This document shows, piece after piece, positions 39,841-48,396 of a stretch of 63,475 bases of DNA. The position numbers and the translations under genes were made by a program. The stretch comes from Candidatus Jacksonbacteria bacterium RIFCSPLOWO2_02_FULL_44_20. Its GTDB lineage: Bacteria; Patescibacteriota; Patescibacteriia; UBA9629. The stretch spans positions 1 to 63,475 of the forward strand of contig MHJU01000017.1 of the NCBI GenBank assembly GCA_001818155.1, read 5' to 3'. The stretch's first letter is position 1. The number at the start of each line of letters is the position of its first letter. The notes beneath the pieces were generated by a model that searched no databases, was not told where the DNA came from, and saw only the letters and a list, made by a program, of their open reading frames with translations.

Positions 39841-39869
39841 AGAGTAGTCTAAAAAGAGGATAGCGTCAA
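39841..39869 (-). promoter_or_regulatory. Sigma70-type promoter upstream of the riboswitch
   Basis: Minus strand TTGACG-N17-TACTCT. Confidence 0.5.
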
Positions 39870-39964
39870 GCCTGAATATGCCACAATCTTCACAAGGAAT
39901 AAAGATGTTGTTATACTGTACTCTTAAACTCTTAAAAATTATAAATAATAAACGTACTTACTCT

Positions 39965-40999
39965 ATGGAAATACTATCACTTTTCAAGCTCGGTGTAGAA
40001 AAGGGCGCGTCTGACATACATATTATTGTGGGGAAACCTCCTGTAATACGAATTGACGGCGTGCTCAATGAAATAGAAGGCGCGGCCTTCACGAGGGGAA
40101 GCGCAAAAGAGAGTATTTATTCTCTTCTCACATCGTTCCAGCAAAAACTTTTTGAAACCGACCGCGAGCTGGATTTCTCATACGAAATTAAAAATGTCTC
40201 GCGCTTTCGCGTGAATATCCATTTTGAAAAAGAGTCGCCGGGGCTTGTCGCACGCATTGTATCTACTACAGTTCCCATATTGGACGAACTCCTTATGCCG
40301 CAGATTGTAAAAAAATTTCTCAAGATGCGCGAAGGGCTCATTTTGGTGACAGGCCCGACAGGATGCGGGAAATCAACAACTCTTGCGGCGATGATTAACG
40401 AAATCAACGAAACGCGCAACTGTCATATTATAACATTAGAGGATCCGATTGAATTTTTATTCACCGCTAAAAAAAGCATCATACGCCAGAGGCAACTCGG
40501 AAACGACATGAAATCCTTCAAAGAAGGGCTAAAACATGTGCTTCGTCAGGATCCGAATGTCATTATGGTCGGCGAAATGCGCGACCTTGAAAGCATTGCG
40601 GCGACCATTACGCTTGCGGAAACCGGGCATCTTGTGCTTGCGACGCTTCACACATTCTCCGCGGCGCAAACCGTTGACCGCATTATTGATTCCTTTCCGC
40701 CGTATCAACAACCGCAAGTCCGTCTTCAGGTTTCAATAACCTTGCGCGCAATTATCTCACAGCAACTTTTGCGGGGAGCGCGCGGGGGCAGAGTTTCATC
40801 GCGCGAAATTCTCATAAATAACAACGCTGTCTCAAATCTTATCAGAGAAAACAAAATTGCGCAGATAAAAACAGTAATACAGACATCGGCGGAAGAAGGC
40901 ATGATTACTATGGACAACGACTTAAAACGCCTGGTTGCTGAAGGACTCGTTGATATAGAAGACGCAAAGGCGCATATGTTGAATCCGGACCAATTATAA
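39965..40999 (+). CDS. pilT: Type IV pilus retraction ATPase
   Basis: 'ASDIHI', GPTGCGKSTT, 'EDPIEF', 'LRQDPNVIMVGEMRD', 'ETGHLVLATLHT'. Confidence 0.92.
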   Translation: MEILSLFKLGVEKGASDIHIIVGKPPVIRIDGVLNEIEGAAFTRGSAKESIYSLLTSFQQKLFETDRELDFSYEIKNVSRFRVNIHFEKESPGLVARIVSTTVPILDELLMPQIVKKFLKMREGLILVTGPTGCGKSTTLAAMINEINETRNCHIITLEDPIEFLFTAKKSIIRQRQLGNDMKSFKEGLKHVLRQDPNVIMVGEMRDLESIAATITLAETGHLVLATLHTFSAAQTVDRIIDSFPPYQQPQVRLQVSITLRAIISQQLLRGARGGRVSSREILINNNAVSNLIRENKIAQIKTVIQTSAEEGMITMDNDLKRLVAEGLVDIEDAKAHMLNPDQL

Positions 41000-41002
41000 A
41001 GT

Positions 41003-41944
41003 ATGACGAACCGACATTTAAAAAAACTTTCAATTTTCCACGGATTCAAAAATATGGAACTGGAAATGTTTGTAGGCGGATCTCGCCAACAGGTTTTACA
41101 GCGCGGACATGAAATTTTCCGCTCCGGACAATCGCGAGATACATTTTTTATCATTCTTGAAGGAGAGGTGGAAATCGTAAAAGAACTAGGCGGCATGCGC
41201 GAAATTGTAACAATCGCATCCTCCGGCGAATACATAGCGGAAGAAGCTCTTTTTCAAAAATCGTCAAAACATTCGCACACGTGTTTTGTGCGGAGCGAAA
41301 CTGCAAGCGTGCTTGCGATCAAACGGCAAATCTTTGAAAAATTCCCGGAGAGTATGCGCCTCACATTTATTCTAAACCTGCTCCCGCTTATCTCGGAAAA
41401 CTTTGCTCACGCTTCAACTATTATTGTTACGCTCTCAAAAATCGGCGCGCTTCTTGGAGAAAACAGGGAAACCGTGCTCTCTTTGGGCACGCGCATACTT
41501 TCAATTCTTCGCGAGCCGACCAAAGCCGAACGCGGCATAATTCTCATGATTGAAAACGACGCGAGTCATGTGAAAATGCGGGCGATAACCGGATTTCAGG
41601 ACACTGCATATCTCAATAACAGAATCGGGCTTAATGAGGACTTCATCGCGGAACGGATCGTGCAAAAAGGCGAAACCGTAAATATACGGGAAGCAGAGTA
41701 TCTGCCTCGCACGCGTAAAGTTAGGTATGCCTCGCGCTCAATAATTGGTGTGCCGCTTAAAGTGCGGGGGCGTCAGATAGGCGCCATAATCCTTGCCGAC
41801 AGAAAAGGAGACGGCGGATTTACGCCAAACGACGAGGCATTGATCTCAATCGTCGCGCACACAGTTGGAATCGCGATTCACAATGCAGAGCACTTTGAAA
41901 TTCAGGAGGCTGAAGCGGAATTAAAAAGAGAATATGTGATGTAA
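41003..41944 (+). CDS. Cyclic-nucleotide-binding + GAF domain protein
   Basis: cNMP fold 'IF..G.....FFIILEGEVEI...GEYIAE'; GAF 'SIIGVPL...IGAI.L.....FTPNDE.L'. Confidence 0.8.
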   Translation: MTNRHLKKLSIFHGFKNMELEMFVGGSRQQVLQRGHEIFRSGQSRDTFFIILEGEVEIVKELGGMREIVTIASSGEYIAEEALFQKSSKHSHTCFVRSETASVLAIKRQIFEKFPESMRLTFILNLLPLISENFAHASTIIVTLSKIGALLGENRETVLSLGTRILSILREPTKAERGIILMIENDASHVKMRAITGFQDTAYLNNRIGLNEDFIAERIVQKGETVNIREAEYLPRTRKVRYASRSIIGVPLKVRGRQIGAIILADRKGDGGFTPNDEALISIVAHTVGIAIHNAEHFEIQEAEAELKREYVM

Positions 41945-41992
41945 GACTCTATTGTCCGCGTATTTTTTTTATGCTACTCTCCTCCCCATCAT

Positions 41993-42067
41993 GCCTCTGT
42001 AGTTTAATGGATAAAACGTCGGGCTTCGAACCCGAAAATGCAGGTTCGATTCCTGCCGGAGGCACCA
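41993..42067 (+). tRNA. tRNA-Arg(TCG)
   Basis: GCCTCTG...TCGGG-CT-TCG-AA-CCCGA...GGTTCGATTCC...CGGAGGCACCA. Confidence 0.92.
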
Positions 42068-42089
42068 TCCCGTAAACAGGATGTTCCAC

Positions 42090-42166
42090 GCGCCCATAGC
42101 TCAATTTGGCAGAGCGGCTCGCTCTTAACGAGAAGGTTGCAGGTTCGATTCCTGCTGGGCGCACCA
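42090..42166 (+). tRNA. tRNA-Lys(CTT)
   Basis: GCGCCCA...CTCG-CT-CTT-AA-CGAG...GGTTCGATTCC...TGGGCGCACCA. Confidence 0.92.
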
Positions 42167-42236
42167 GATAATACTTTCAATTATAAACCCGTGTCGAGCA
42201 TTTTTGATTTGGCAATAAAATTTGTGCGTCTCCTTG

Positions 42237-42617
42237 CTACTTCAAATACTTCTTCCGTATCCGATCCACAAGCTCGCTCGGCACAACGTCGGTCTTGATG
42301 ATTATCTCTATTGCGCCTAAATTTTCAGCTCTTTTCAAAACGTCCTCTTTAGTATAATTAGTGAAAATAATGATCGCTGTCGTCTTTGGAATGTTCGGAT
42401 TCTGCTTCATGCGTTCAAGCGTATCCACGCCGTCAATGCCGTTCATGAGAATATCAAGCAAAATCACATCCGGCTTTTCCCGCTCGGCAATTTTTATTCC
42501 GTCCTCGCCGTTTTGAGCCTGCAAAAATCTAACACCAGCCCGCTTAAAAACGAAGCTGTACATTTTTTGCTGATCCGGATCGTCCTCAATGAAGAGAACG
42601 GTTTTTTCGCGATCCAT
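42237..42617 (-). CDS. Single-domain response regulator (receiver only)
   Basis: 'FIEDD', 'ILLDILM..IDG', 'FTN', conserved Lys in 'IIKT'. Confidence 0.92.
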   Translation of the reverse strand: MDREKTVLFIEDDPDQQKMYSFVFKRAGVRFLQAQNGEDGIKIAEREKPDVILLDILMNGIDGVDTLERMKQNPNIPKTTAIIIFTNYTKEDVLKRAENLGAIEIIIKTDVVPSELVDRIRKKYLK

Positions 42618-42628
42618 ACACTAAAAAA

Positions 42629-44827
42629 TTAAAGCGCCCTCTCCATCTCCACCCAAAATGTTGTGCCTTTATTAAGTTCGCTTGTAAAACCGACTTTTCC
42701 ATTTGGGTGCCCATCCATCAGCTCTTTTGTTATAAAAAGCCCAAGCCCAGAACCGTCTGTATACATACTGTTAGCGTTCGCCCCGCGCTTGAACTTCTCA
42801 AACAACCCAGGCTGATCCTCTTTTGGAATACCGACTCCAGTGTCTTCCACTTCAACTCTCACAACATCCTGAAAAGGCTTTACACGGACAACTATTTTAC
42901 CATCTCTCGGTGTGTAATGCAAGGCGTTTGTGATTAAATTGTCAAACACCACTTCCATATATCTCTCCGATGCGCGAACTAAAAGAGCGTCTCCGGGCGC
43001 TGAAAACGTCAGTGAAATATTTTTCACGCGCGCTTCGTCTTGGTGCATGGAAACGATTTTAGAAACATACGGAATGATCGGAAACCGCGCAATGTCCTGC
43101 TCCTTCAACGTAAACTCGCCGGTGTCGAGCTCCGAAGCGTACAAAATGTCGCGCACAATATGAGAAAGTTTTTCGGTTTTCTCCGCGATTGAGCGATACA
43201 CCTCGTCTTTTTCCGCCGGCGTTTGGCTGTCGTAATCGCCCTCGCGCAACATGGAAACATATCCTTTGATAACTGAAATCGGCGTACGCAGTTGATGCGA
43301 GGCGATATCAAGAAACTGGCCGCGCATCGCAAGAAGCTTTTCCAGATAAACGTTTTTCGCCTTAATTTCTTTTGTCTGATCTTCCACACTCTGTTCCATA
43401 TTTTCGTATAAAAGGGCGTTTTCAAGCGCAATTGCGGTTTGATTTCCGAGCGTTTCTAATAATTCTATATCTTCTTTTGTGTATGCGTCCCGCGATATCT
43501 TCGCGCCAAGAAGAAGAAATCCGATCAGTTCCCGCTTCACGACAAATGGAATGCAAACCTCGCCGCCTATTTTCTCCATATACTTCTGAATCTTTATGAA
43601 TTTTTCCGCGCCTTTATCTCTATGTCTATGCTCCATTGCCATGAACTGAAGCTCGTCTTTCACAACCGCCTTTTTGAAATGGCGGACCCATCTTGTAAAA
43701 AAACATTCCTCAAGATCGCACGACACATTTTTTTTACTCTCAAAGCCGACTGAATGAACAAGATGATAACAATGATTCGTTGAATTCTGCGCAAAAATCC
43801 TTACTGACTCAATATCCAAAACTTCATGCACCGTTTCAGTGATTAGCGAGCTGATTTTTAGAACGTCAACGATTCTAGTGAGCTTGCGTGTAAGAGATCG
43901 GAGTGTCTTTTGCGAATTATAGATGCTTGCGTAAAGATAACGGTTTGTGAGTTTAATGATACCCTTTTCCACAAGCGGCAAAACGAGCACAAACGCAATC
44001 GCAATGAATATCCCAGTGATAAGCGCGGGTTTCACCCACACGGACCCAAACGCCCGCACCATCGCCCATGTTACAAGATGAAACATTCCGTAGATAAAAG
44101 CCGCAAGAATAATTCGGATAGTTCCCCGGCGGACGACGAGATGGATGTCAAATAGGCGGTAGCGAATCATTGTATACGCATACATTGAAATATAGATAAT
44201 AACAATGGGATTACCGTATGGCGGTATATTAATATCATACCAAAAAGGAAAATTAGTAGAACCAAAAATGACCCCTAGTAGCAAACCGATAAATACATGT
44301 TTAATTTGTTGATGTTTTATCCCTTGATTCCTACGAAGGTGAACCAATAATTGATAAAAACCAATGATATGTAAACCAATAAAATTAATAAATAAATAGA
44401 TATGATATAACGGACCAGGTTTAGGCCAAAATGGAAATCCGTATGTAAGTTCAACATCTCGCACAAATAAAGAAGAATATGCAAACAGTAAAAAAATTAC
44501 ACTTGAAATATATCCATACCATAAAAGCCATTTATACTTTTTTTCAATACCGAGAAAAGAGAAAATCCAGTGTAAATGAAAAATTGGAATCAAAATAGAA
44601 CCAAGTCCTAGGCTACGGACTAAAAATAACGCTTCGTCATGATTATCTGCAAGTAACCATAACCCATAAAAAAAAGACCATGTCGCTATAGACAGACACA
44701 TGAAGAAAAAAATAAATTTTAATCTAGGATCGCCTTTACTTTTGAACAACGCAACAAAACCAACAAAACAGGTAATAATACTAATCGCAAAACCGGAAAT
44801 TGATAATAATCTTATAATAGAATCCAT
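42629..44827 (-). CDS. Sensor histidine kinase (N-terminal 7TM/HisKA_7TM-like domain, GAF-like, HisKA, HATPase)
   Basis: Multi-TM N-terminus; 'YTKEDIELLETLGNQ'; H-box 'ASHQLRTP'; 'NLITNA', 'DTGVG', 'GSGLGL'. Confidence 0.92.
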   Translation of the reverse strand: MDSIIRLLSISGFAISIITCFVGFVALFKSKGDPRLKFIFFFMCLSIATWSFFYGLWLLADNHDEALFLVRSLGLGSILIPIFHLHWIFSFLGIEKKYKWLLWYGYISSVIFLLFAYSSLFVRDVELTYGFPFWPKPGPLYHIYLFINFIGLHIIGFYQLLVHLRRNQGIKHQQIKHVFIGLLLGVIFGSTNFPFWYDINIPPYGNPIVIIYISMYAYTMIRYRLFDIHLVVRRGTIRIILAAFIYGMFHLVTWAMVRAFGSVWVKPALITGIFIAIAFVLVLPLVEKGIIKLTNRYLYASIYNSQKTLRSLTRKLTRIVDVLKISSLITETVHEVLDIESVRIFAQNSTNHCYHLVHSVGFESKKNVSCDLEECFFTRWVRHFKKAVVKDELQFMAMEHRHRDKGAEKFIKIQKYMEKIGGEVCIPFVVKRELIGFLLLGAKISRDAYTKEDIELLETLGNQTAIALENALLYENMEQSVEDQTKEIKAKNVYLEKLLAMRGQFLDIASHQLRTPISVIKGYVSMLREGDYDSQTPAEKDEVYRSIAEKTEKLSHIVRDILYASELDTGEFTLKEQDIARFPIIPYVSKIVSMHQDEARVKNISLTFSAPGDALLVRASERYMEVVFDNLITNALHYTPRDGKIVVRVKPFQDVVRVEVEDTGVGIPKEDQPGLFEKFKRGANANSMYTDGSGLGLFITKELMDGHPNGKVGFTSELNKGTTFWVEMERAL

Positions 44828-44833
44828 GCCTTT

Positions 44834-46258
44834 TTATAAAGAAGGAAGGGGCGGATTGTTTTGTATCTGTGAGATATCTGCCTCCTTATTTGAAAACATA
44901 AATATATGATATATTTTTTTTGAATCTTCTTTCTCGGCGACAAGATGTACATGAGACGGTTGCCCCAAAGTTTTATTACTTGCTTCACTAAATGTCTGGA
45001 TCAATTCACCTCGGCTAGCGCCGTACATCTGTACTTTTAACTCTTTTGACCAGCGAAAAATAGATTCTAGCACATTTTGTTGTGGGTATGAATTCCCATT
45101 CGCCGCTTTGCCAATATGTGAAACAATATAAAAACTTTCCGGATGAGAAGCGAACATAGAGAAAATGTTAGCGTTAAAATTTTTCCGAATGCGCGACGAA
45201 AAATAATCATCCATACCAGCACATTCAATAATCACTGAAGTTCCGTCATCAACGACTACCCCATAAGAGCCAAGGAAGTCCTTAAGTATCTGTTTTCCTC
45301 CTATGACTTTGCTTAAATCATGCGGCAAAAATTTACACAATGATTGAACGCCGTACTCTTGGGCTTTCACCTGACTTTTAGCTACAGATTCCTGATCAAA
45401 GTCAATAAGAATCGCTTCTTTAATATAATCCTGTAATTCTTTTACTACATCTAATACCCCGCGCCCCATGCCTGAACCCAAACTGATAATGACCGGTTTC
45501 TTGCCTTTTTCACGATTTACAATAATCGCTTCATGTAATAATTGTTGGACAATATCCAGACGCTCGCGTGTCCCCTCACTTATAGGCAACTCTAAAGTAA
45601 TAATATCGGTTGCGATGTGTATTAATTCAGTAATGAGATCATTATTATTCTCTAATATCTTAGCATCACTAAAATCAATTGGGGAGCGATCTTTAATTGT
45701 CCCTGCAAAATCATCCAATTCTTTTTGAATCCAGTTTGGGTATCCGTAAATATGATCAAGTGTGACACCTGTTGCCGGAGACGTACGAATACGTTCTGTA
45801 TTTGGTGAACTGGTAACTAGTTCAAGCGAAACGTCATGCAAATTTTTTTTATTCGGCAATACATCAGAAAAGTAAATATACTCTGCGGCACGAGCTACAA
45901 TATTTTTTTTCAATTGCTCTATTGTAATAGTGCTGTCTGAAGCAATAATCTGCTCCGCAAACATTTGTAGCTCTAGCCGAAACCATTCATCAAATTGTGT
46001 AATCTCTTTCTGTGCATCAATGCTATTTGGATTCTCTAACACCGTAACAATATGGGGAGACATTTTAAAAAAACAATCCATCCACGATTCCGGTGTGTCA
46101 GGTTCACCTTCTCTCCAAAATAACTGATCCGTAACTTTTTCACGTCGTGGAAGCTCTAACCTTTCAACTAGCTGTTGTTCTACTGTTGTATTAGTAGGAA
46201 GGATGCGCATTAACCGCCCCTCATCAATAGAACCTTCCATTTTAGAACTATCGCTCAT
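44834..46258 (-). CDS. Class I SAM-dependent methyltransferase-like protein (PhcB-like architecture)
   Basis: Motif I 'IISLGSGMGR', 'IDFD', 'HDL', 'CAGMDDYF'; upstream 'LDHIY' and 'P...GTRER'. Confidence 0.65.
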   Translation of the reverse strand: MSDSSKMEGSIDEGRLMRILPTNTTVEQQLVERLELPRREKVTDQLFWREGEPDTPESWMDCFFKMSPHIVTVLENPNSIDAQKEITQFDEWFRLELQMFAEQIIASDSTITIEQLKKNIVARAAEYIYFSDVLPNKKNLHDVSLELVTSSPNTERIRTSPATGVTLDHIYGYPNWIQKELDDFAGTIKDRSPIDFSDAKILENNNDLITELIHIATDIITLELPISEGTRERLDIVQQLLHEAIIVNREKGKKPVIISLGSGMGRGVLDVVKELQDYIKEAILIDFDQESVAKSQVKAQEYGVQSLCKFLPHDLSKVIGGKQILKDFLGSYGVVVDDGTSVIIECAGMDDYFSSRIRKNFNANIFSMFASHPESFYIVSHIGKAANGNSYPQQNVLESIFRWSKELKVQMYGASRGELIQTFSEASNKTLGQPSHVHLVAEKEDSKKIYHIFMFSNKEADISQIQNNPPLPSL

Positions 46259-46417
46259 ACTTTATAAGTTTCTCAAAACTAATCCAAGATACTCTTCTTT
46301 ACAAAAAAAAGCAAGGACGAGCGTTTTTTTACAAATATTTTCAAAACAATAAGCGCAAAAAAGACGGAAATGGCAGGAATGGTAATGGCGTCTGTTGTTC
46401 TAAAACTGAAACATCGT

Positions 46418-47080
46418 TTAAGATTTCAACTCTGCTATTAATGAAAACAAGCGAACCAAATCTTCTTTTGTTAAATTTTGATAGCGACCAAAATTTTTGA
46501 CAACCAAATGCGCTTCAGGACACATGTTAATCGCTCTGTCAGATAGTCTATATTTTACCTCTTCCGGTTTATCTTTTATTAAATCAGGAGATCTCTGCCG
46601 CATTCTTTCATCTCGCAAGTCATCAGGACTATACACCGCAATAATTAAAGATTGCTCAAGCAAATCAGACGGCATAACACTTTCTTTATTATTAATGATA
46701 GCATCATTCCCCGAAAAAATTGGAATTTTGCTTTTATCAACATTCAAGAAACCATATCGCTCTTCGCGATTTCCTTCCATTTTTCTCACCCAATGCAATC
46801 CGATATCTCCACATTGAACCATCTTCTCAAATTCATCGGCAGTTACAAATTGATTCTCTACGAGATTATCATTGGCTCTCTGCGGTCTAGTGATAACTCT
46901 TTTGGGAATTTGAAAAACCGAAGCGAGTGTCTCATTGGTTTTCATCGCGTTTCTAACCGCATCAACGAGTGTAGTTTTTCCAACAAGAGAAGAGCCAACA
47001 AAAATTATATCTGAAATCTGCTTGAGCTTTTCAAGATTTCTTGCTCGCAATCTGATGCTACTTAAATCTCTTGATTCCAA
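46418..47080 (-). CDS. Guanylate kinase/PhnN-like P-loop kinase
   Basis: 'GSSLVGKTT', 'RVITRPQR', 'FVTADEF', 'YG'. Confidence 0.7.
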   Translation of the reverse strand: MESRDLSSIRLRARNLEKLKQISDIIFVGSSLVGKTTLVDAVRNAMKTNETLASVFQIPKRVITRPQRANDNLVENQFVTADEFEKMVQCGDIGLHWVRKMEGNREERYGFLNVDKSKIPIFSGNDAIINNKESVMPSDLLEQSLIIAVYSPDDLRDERMRQRSPDLIKDKPEEVKYRLSDRAINMCPEAHLVVKNFGRYQNLTKEDLVRLFSLIAELKS

Positions 47081-47735
47081 AAGGTCGATTCAGACGATGG
47101 CCTTCTTCTTTGGGAATAGATTCTACACCCGTCTCTGTCCGATACAAAAATCTCATCAATGTAGCAACGCTTCTTTCTTCTGAAAATTTATCTGATTCCA
47201 AAATAAGTTTTTTGACTTCTTCTTCGGTAAACCAGACAACTTTAATATTTTCTCCTGTCTCCAATTCTTGTACACCCTGCTGGGATCTATTTACAGAGCC
47301 GACAAAATAATGTAAATCCCACTCTACTGTAGCACCTAATTTTGAAGTTGAATGATGCTCTAACACATCCGGAGCGAATCCCGTTTCTTCTTTTGCCTCC
47401 TTAAGCGCAGCCTGTTTTGCTTTTTCGATAATGTTTCCTTTACTCTGCTTAAACTTATTAAATTCATCCAAAGAATCAAAAACCTTTCCACCCGGCAAGC
47501 GGTAATCAAATTCTGAAAGTTCTCGTCGAAACTCTCGCGTAAGCATAATATTGCCCTGTCCGTCGCCTATAATCAATCTCACACCGGGACTTCTGCGCAC
47601 TTTTTCAAATGCAAAAGTTTTTCCATCTATTTCAACCGGCTCTGAAACCACTTCAAATAGTTTACCTTTATATCGAATCTCTTCTTTACTGACGACCTCC
47701 TCTTTATTTTTTTCATCGTGTTTACGTTTTTCCAT
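47058..47735 (-). CDS. NUDIX hydrolase (ADP-ribose pyrophosphatase-like)
   Basis: 'LPGG...AALKEAKEETG', 'YKGKLFEV', 'LETGENI'. Confidence 0.85.
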   Translation of the reverse strand: MEKRKHDEKNKEEVVSKEEIRYKGKLFEVVSEPVEIDGKTFAFEKVRRSPGVRLIIGDGQGNIMLTREFRRELSEFDYRLPGGKVFDSLDEFNKFKQSKGNIIEKAKQAALKEAKEETGFAPDVLEHHSTSKLGATVEWDLHYFVGSVNRSQQGVQELETGENIKVVWFTEEEVKKLILESDKFSEERSVATLMRFLYRTETGVESIPKEEGHRLNRPFGIKRFK

Positions 47736-47826
47736 ATAGTGAATGACTTGCCCCGCAACAAGCTACGAGGAATTATTTAATTAAAACGTATTACTGTACC
47801 ATTATTTCTAAAAAAGTCAAATTAAA

Positions 47827-47919
47827 TTATTGAACATGTTTCTTTACCACCTCAATCAATTCACGCATCGGCGGCTCTGCCTGCGCGATAAACGCGCTGA
47901 TTTCCCGCCATCGCAAATC
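47827..47919 (-). pseudogene. C-terminal remnant of a HEPN/DUF86 (HepT-like) RNase
   Basis: Translates to DLRWREISAFIAQAEPPMRELIEVVKKHVQ directly after the MNT stop; no start codon at its 5' end and no RxxxxH motif. Confidence 0.55.
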
Positions 47920-47920
47920 A

Positions 47921-48346
47921 CTATGATCGCCAATAAATCCGAGCATAATCCTTTGTAAATTCCCTAAAATCCTCCGCCTCTCCGGTTACTCGCAAGAGAA
48001 AAGAAAGGTACGTTTTTCTGTCTTTGATCACTAACGGAGAGCCTGCAAGCGCGGATGCGGCAAGTGTTGAGGGCACGCGATTGAGAACCAGTAGATCAAC
48101 GTTATCAGTTCCAAGTAGCTTGATCACGTCTCCCAATATCGCGTCTTCTACTGGATACGATTTTTGAACCTCCCATTCAATAGCTTGAGTTTCCGGCTTA
48201 AAATATACGCCGATATCCCAGTCAGACATCGCCTTCTCCCGCCCTTTTGATCGCGAGCCAAACAAAAATGCCATAAGCACATCATCACGATCTGTAACAT
48301 ACTTTTTAAGCATCGTAAGTTTTGGCGATTGCCGTCTCGGAGTCAT
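47921..48346 (-). CDS. Minimal nucleotidyltransferase (MntA-like antitoxin)
   Basis: 'AFLFGSRSKG....SDWDIGVY', 'VDLLVLN'. Confidence 0.88.
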   Translation of the reverse strand: MTPRRQSPKLTMLKKYVTDRDDVLMAFLFGSRSKGREKAMSDWDIGVYFKPETQAIEWEVQKSYPVEDAILGDVIKLLGTDNVDLLVLNRVPSTLAASALAGSPLVIKDRKTYLSFLLRVTGEAEDFREFTKDYARIYWRS

Positions 48347-48396
48347 AAATATGATCGTCGATTAAAGATAGCAAAAAATATCTTGTTCATCAATGT

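Noticed and set aside
41949..42298. Short ORFs 41949..42164 and 42038..42298
   Set aside because: They overlap the two tRNA genes; spurious
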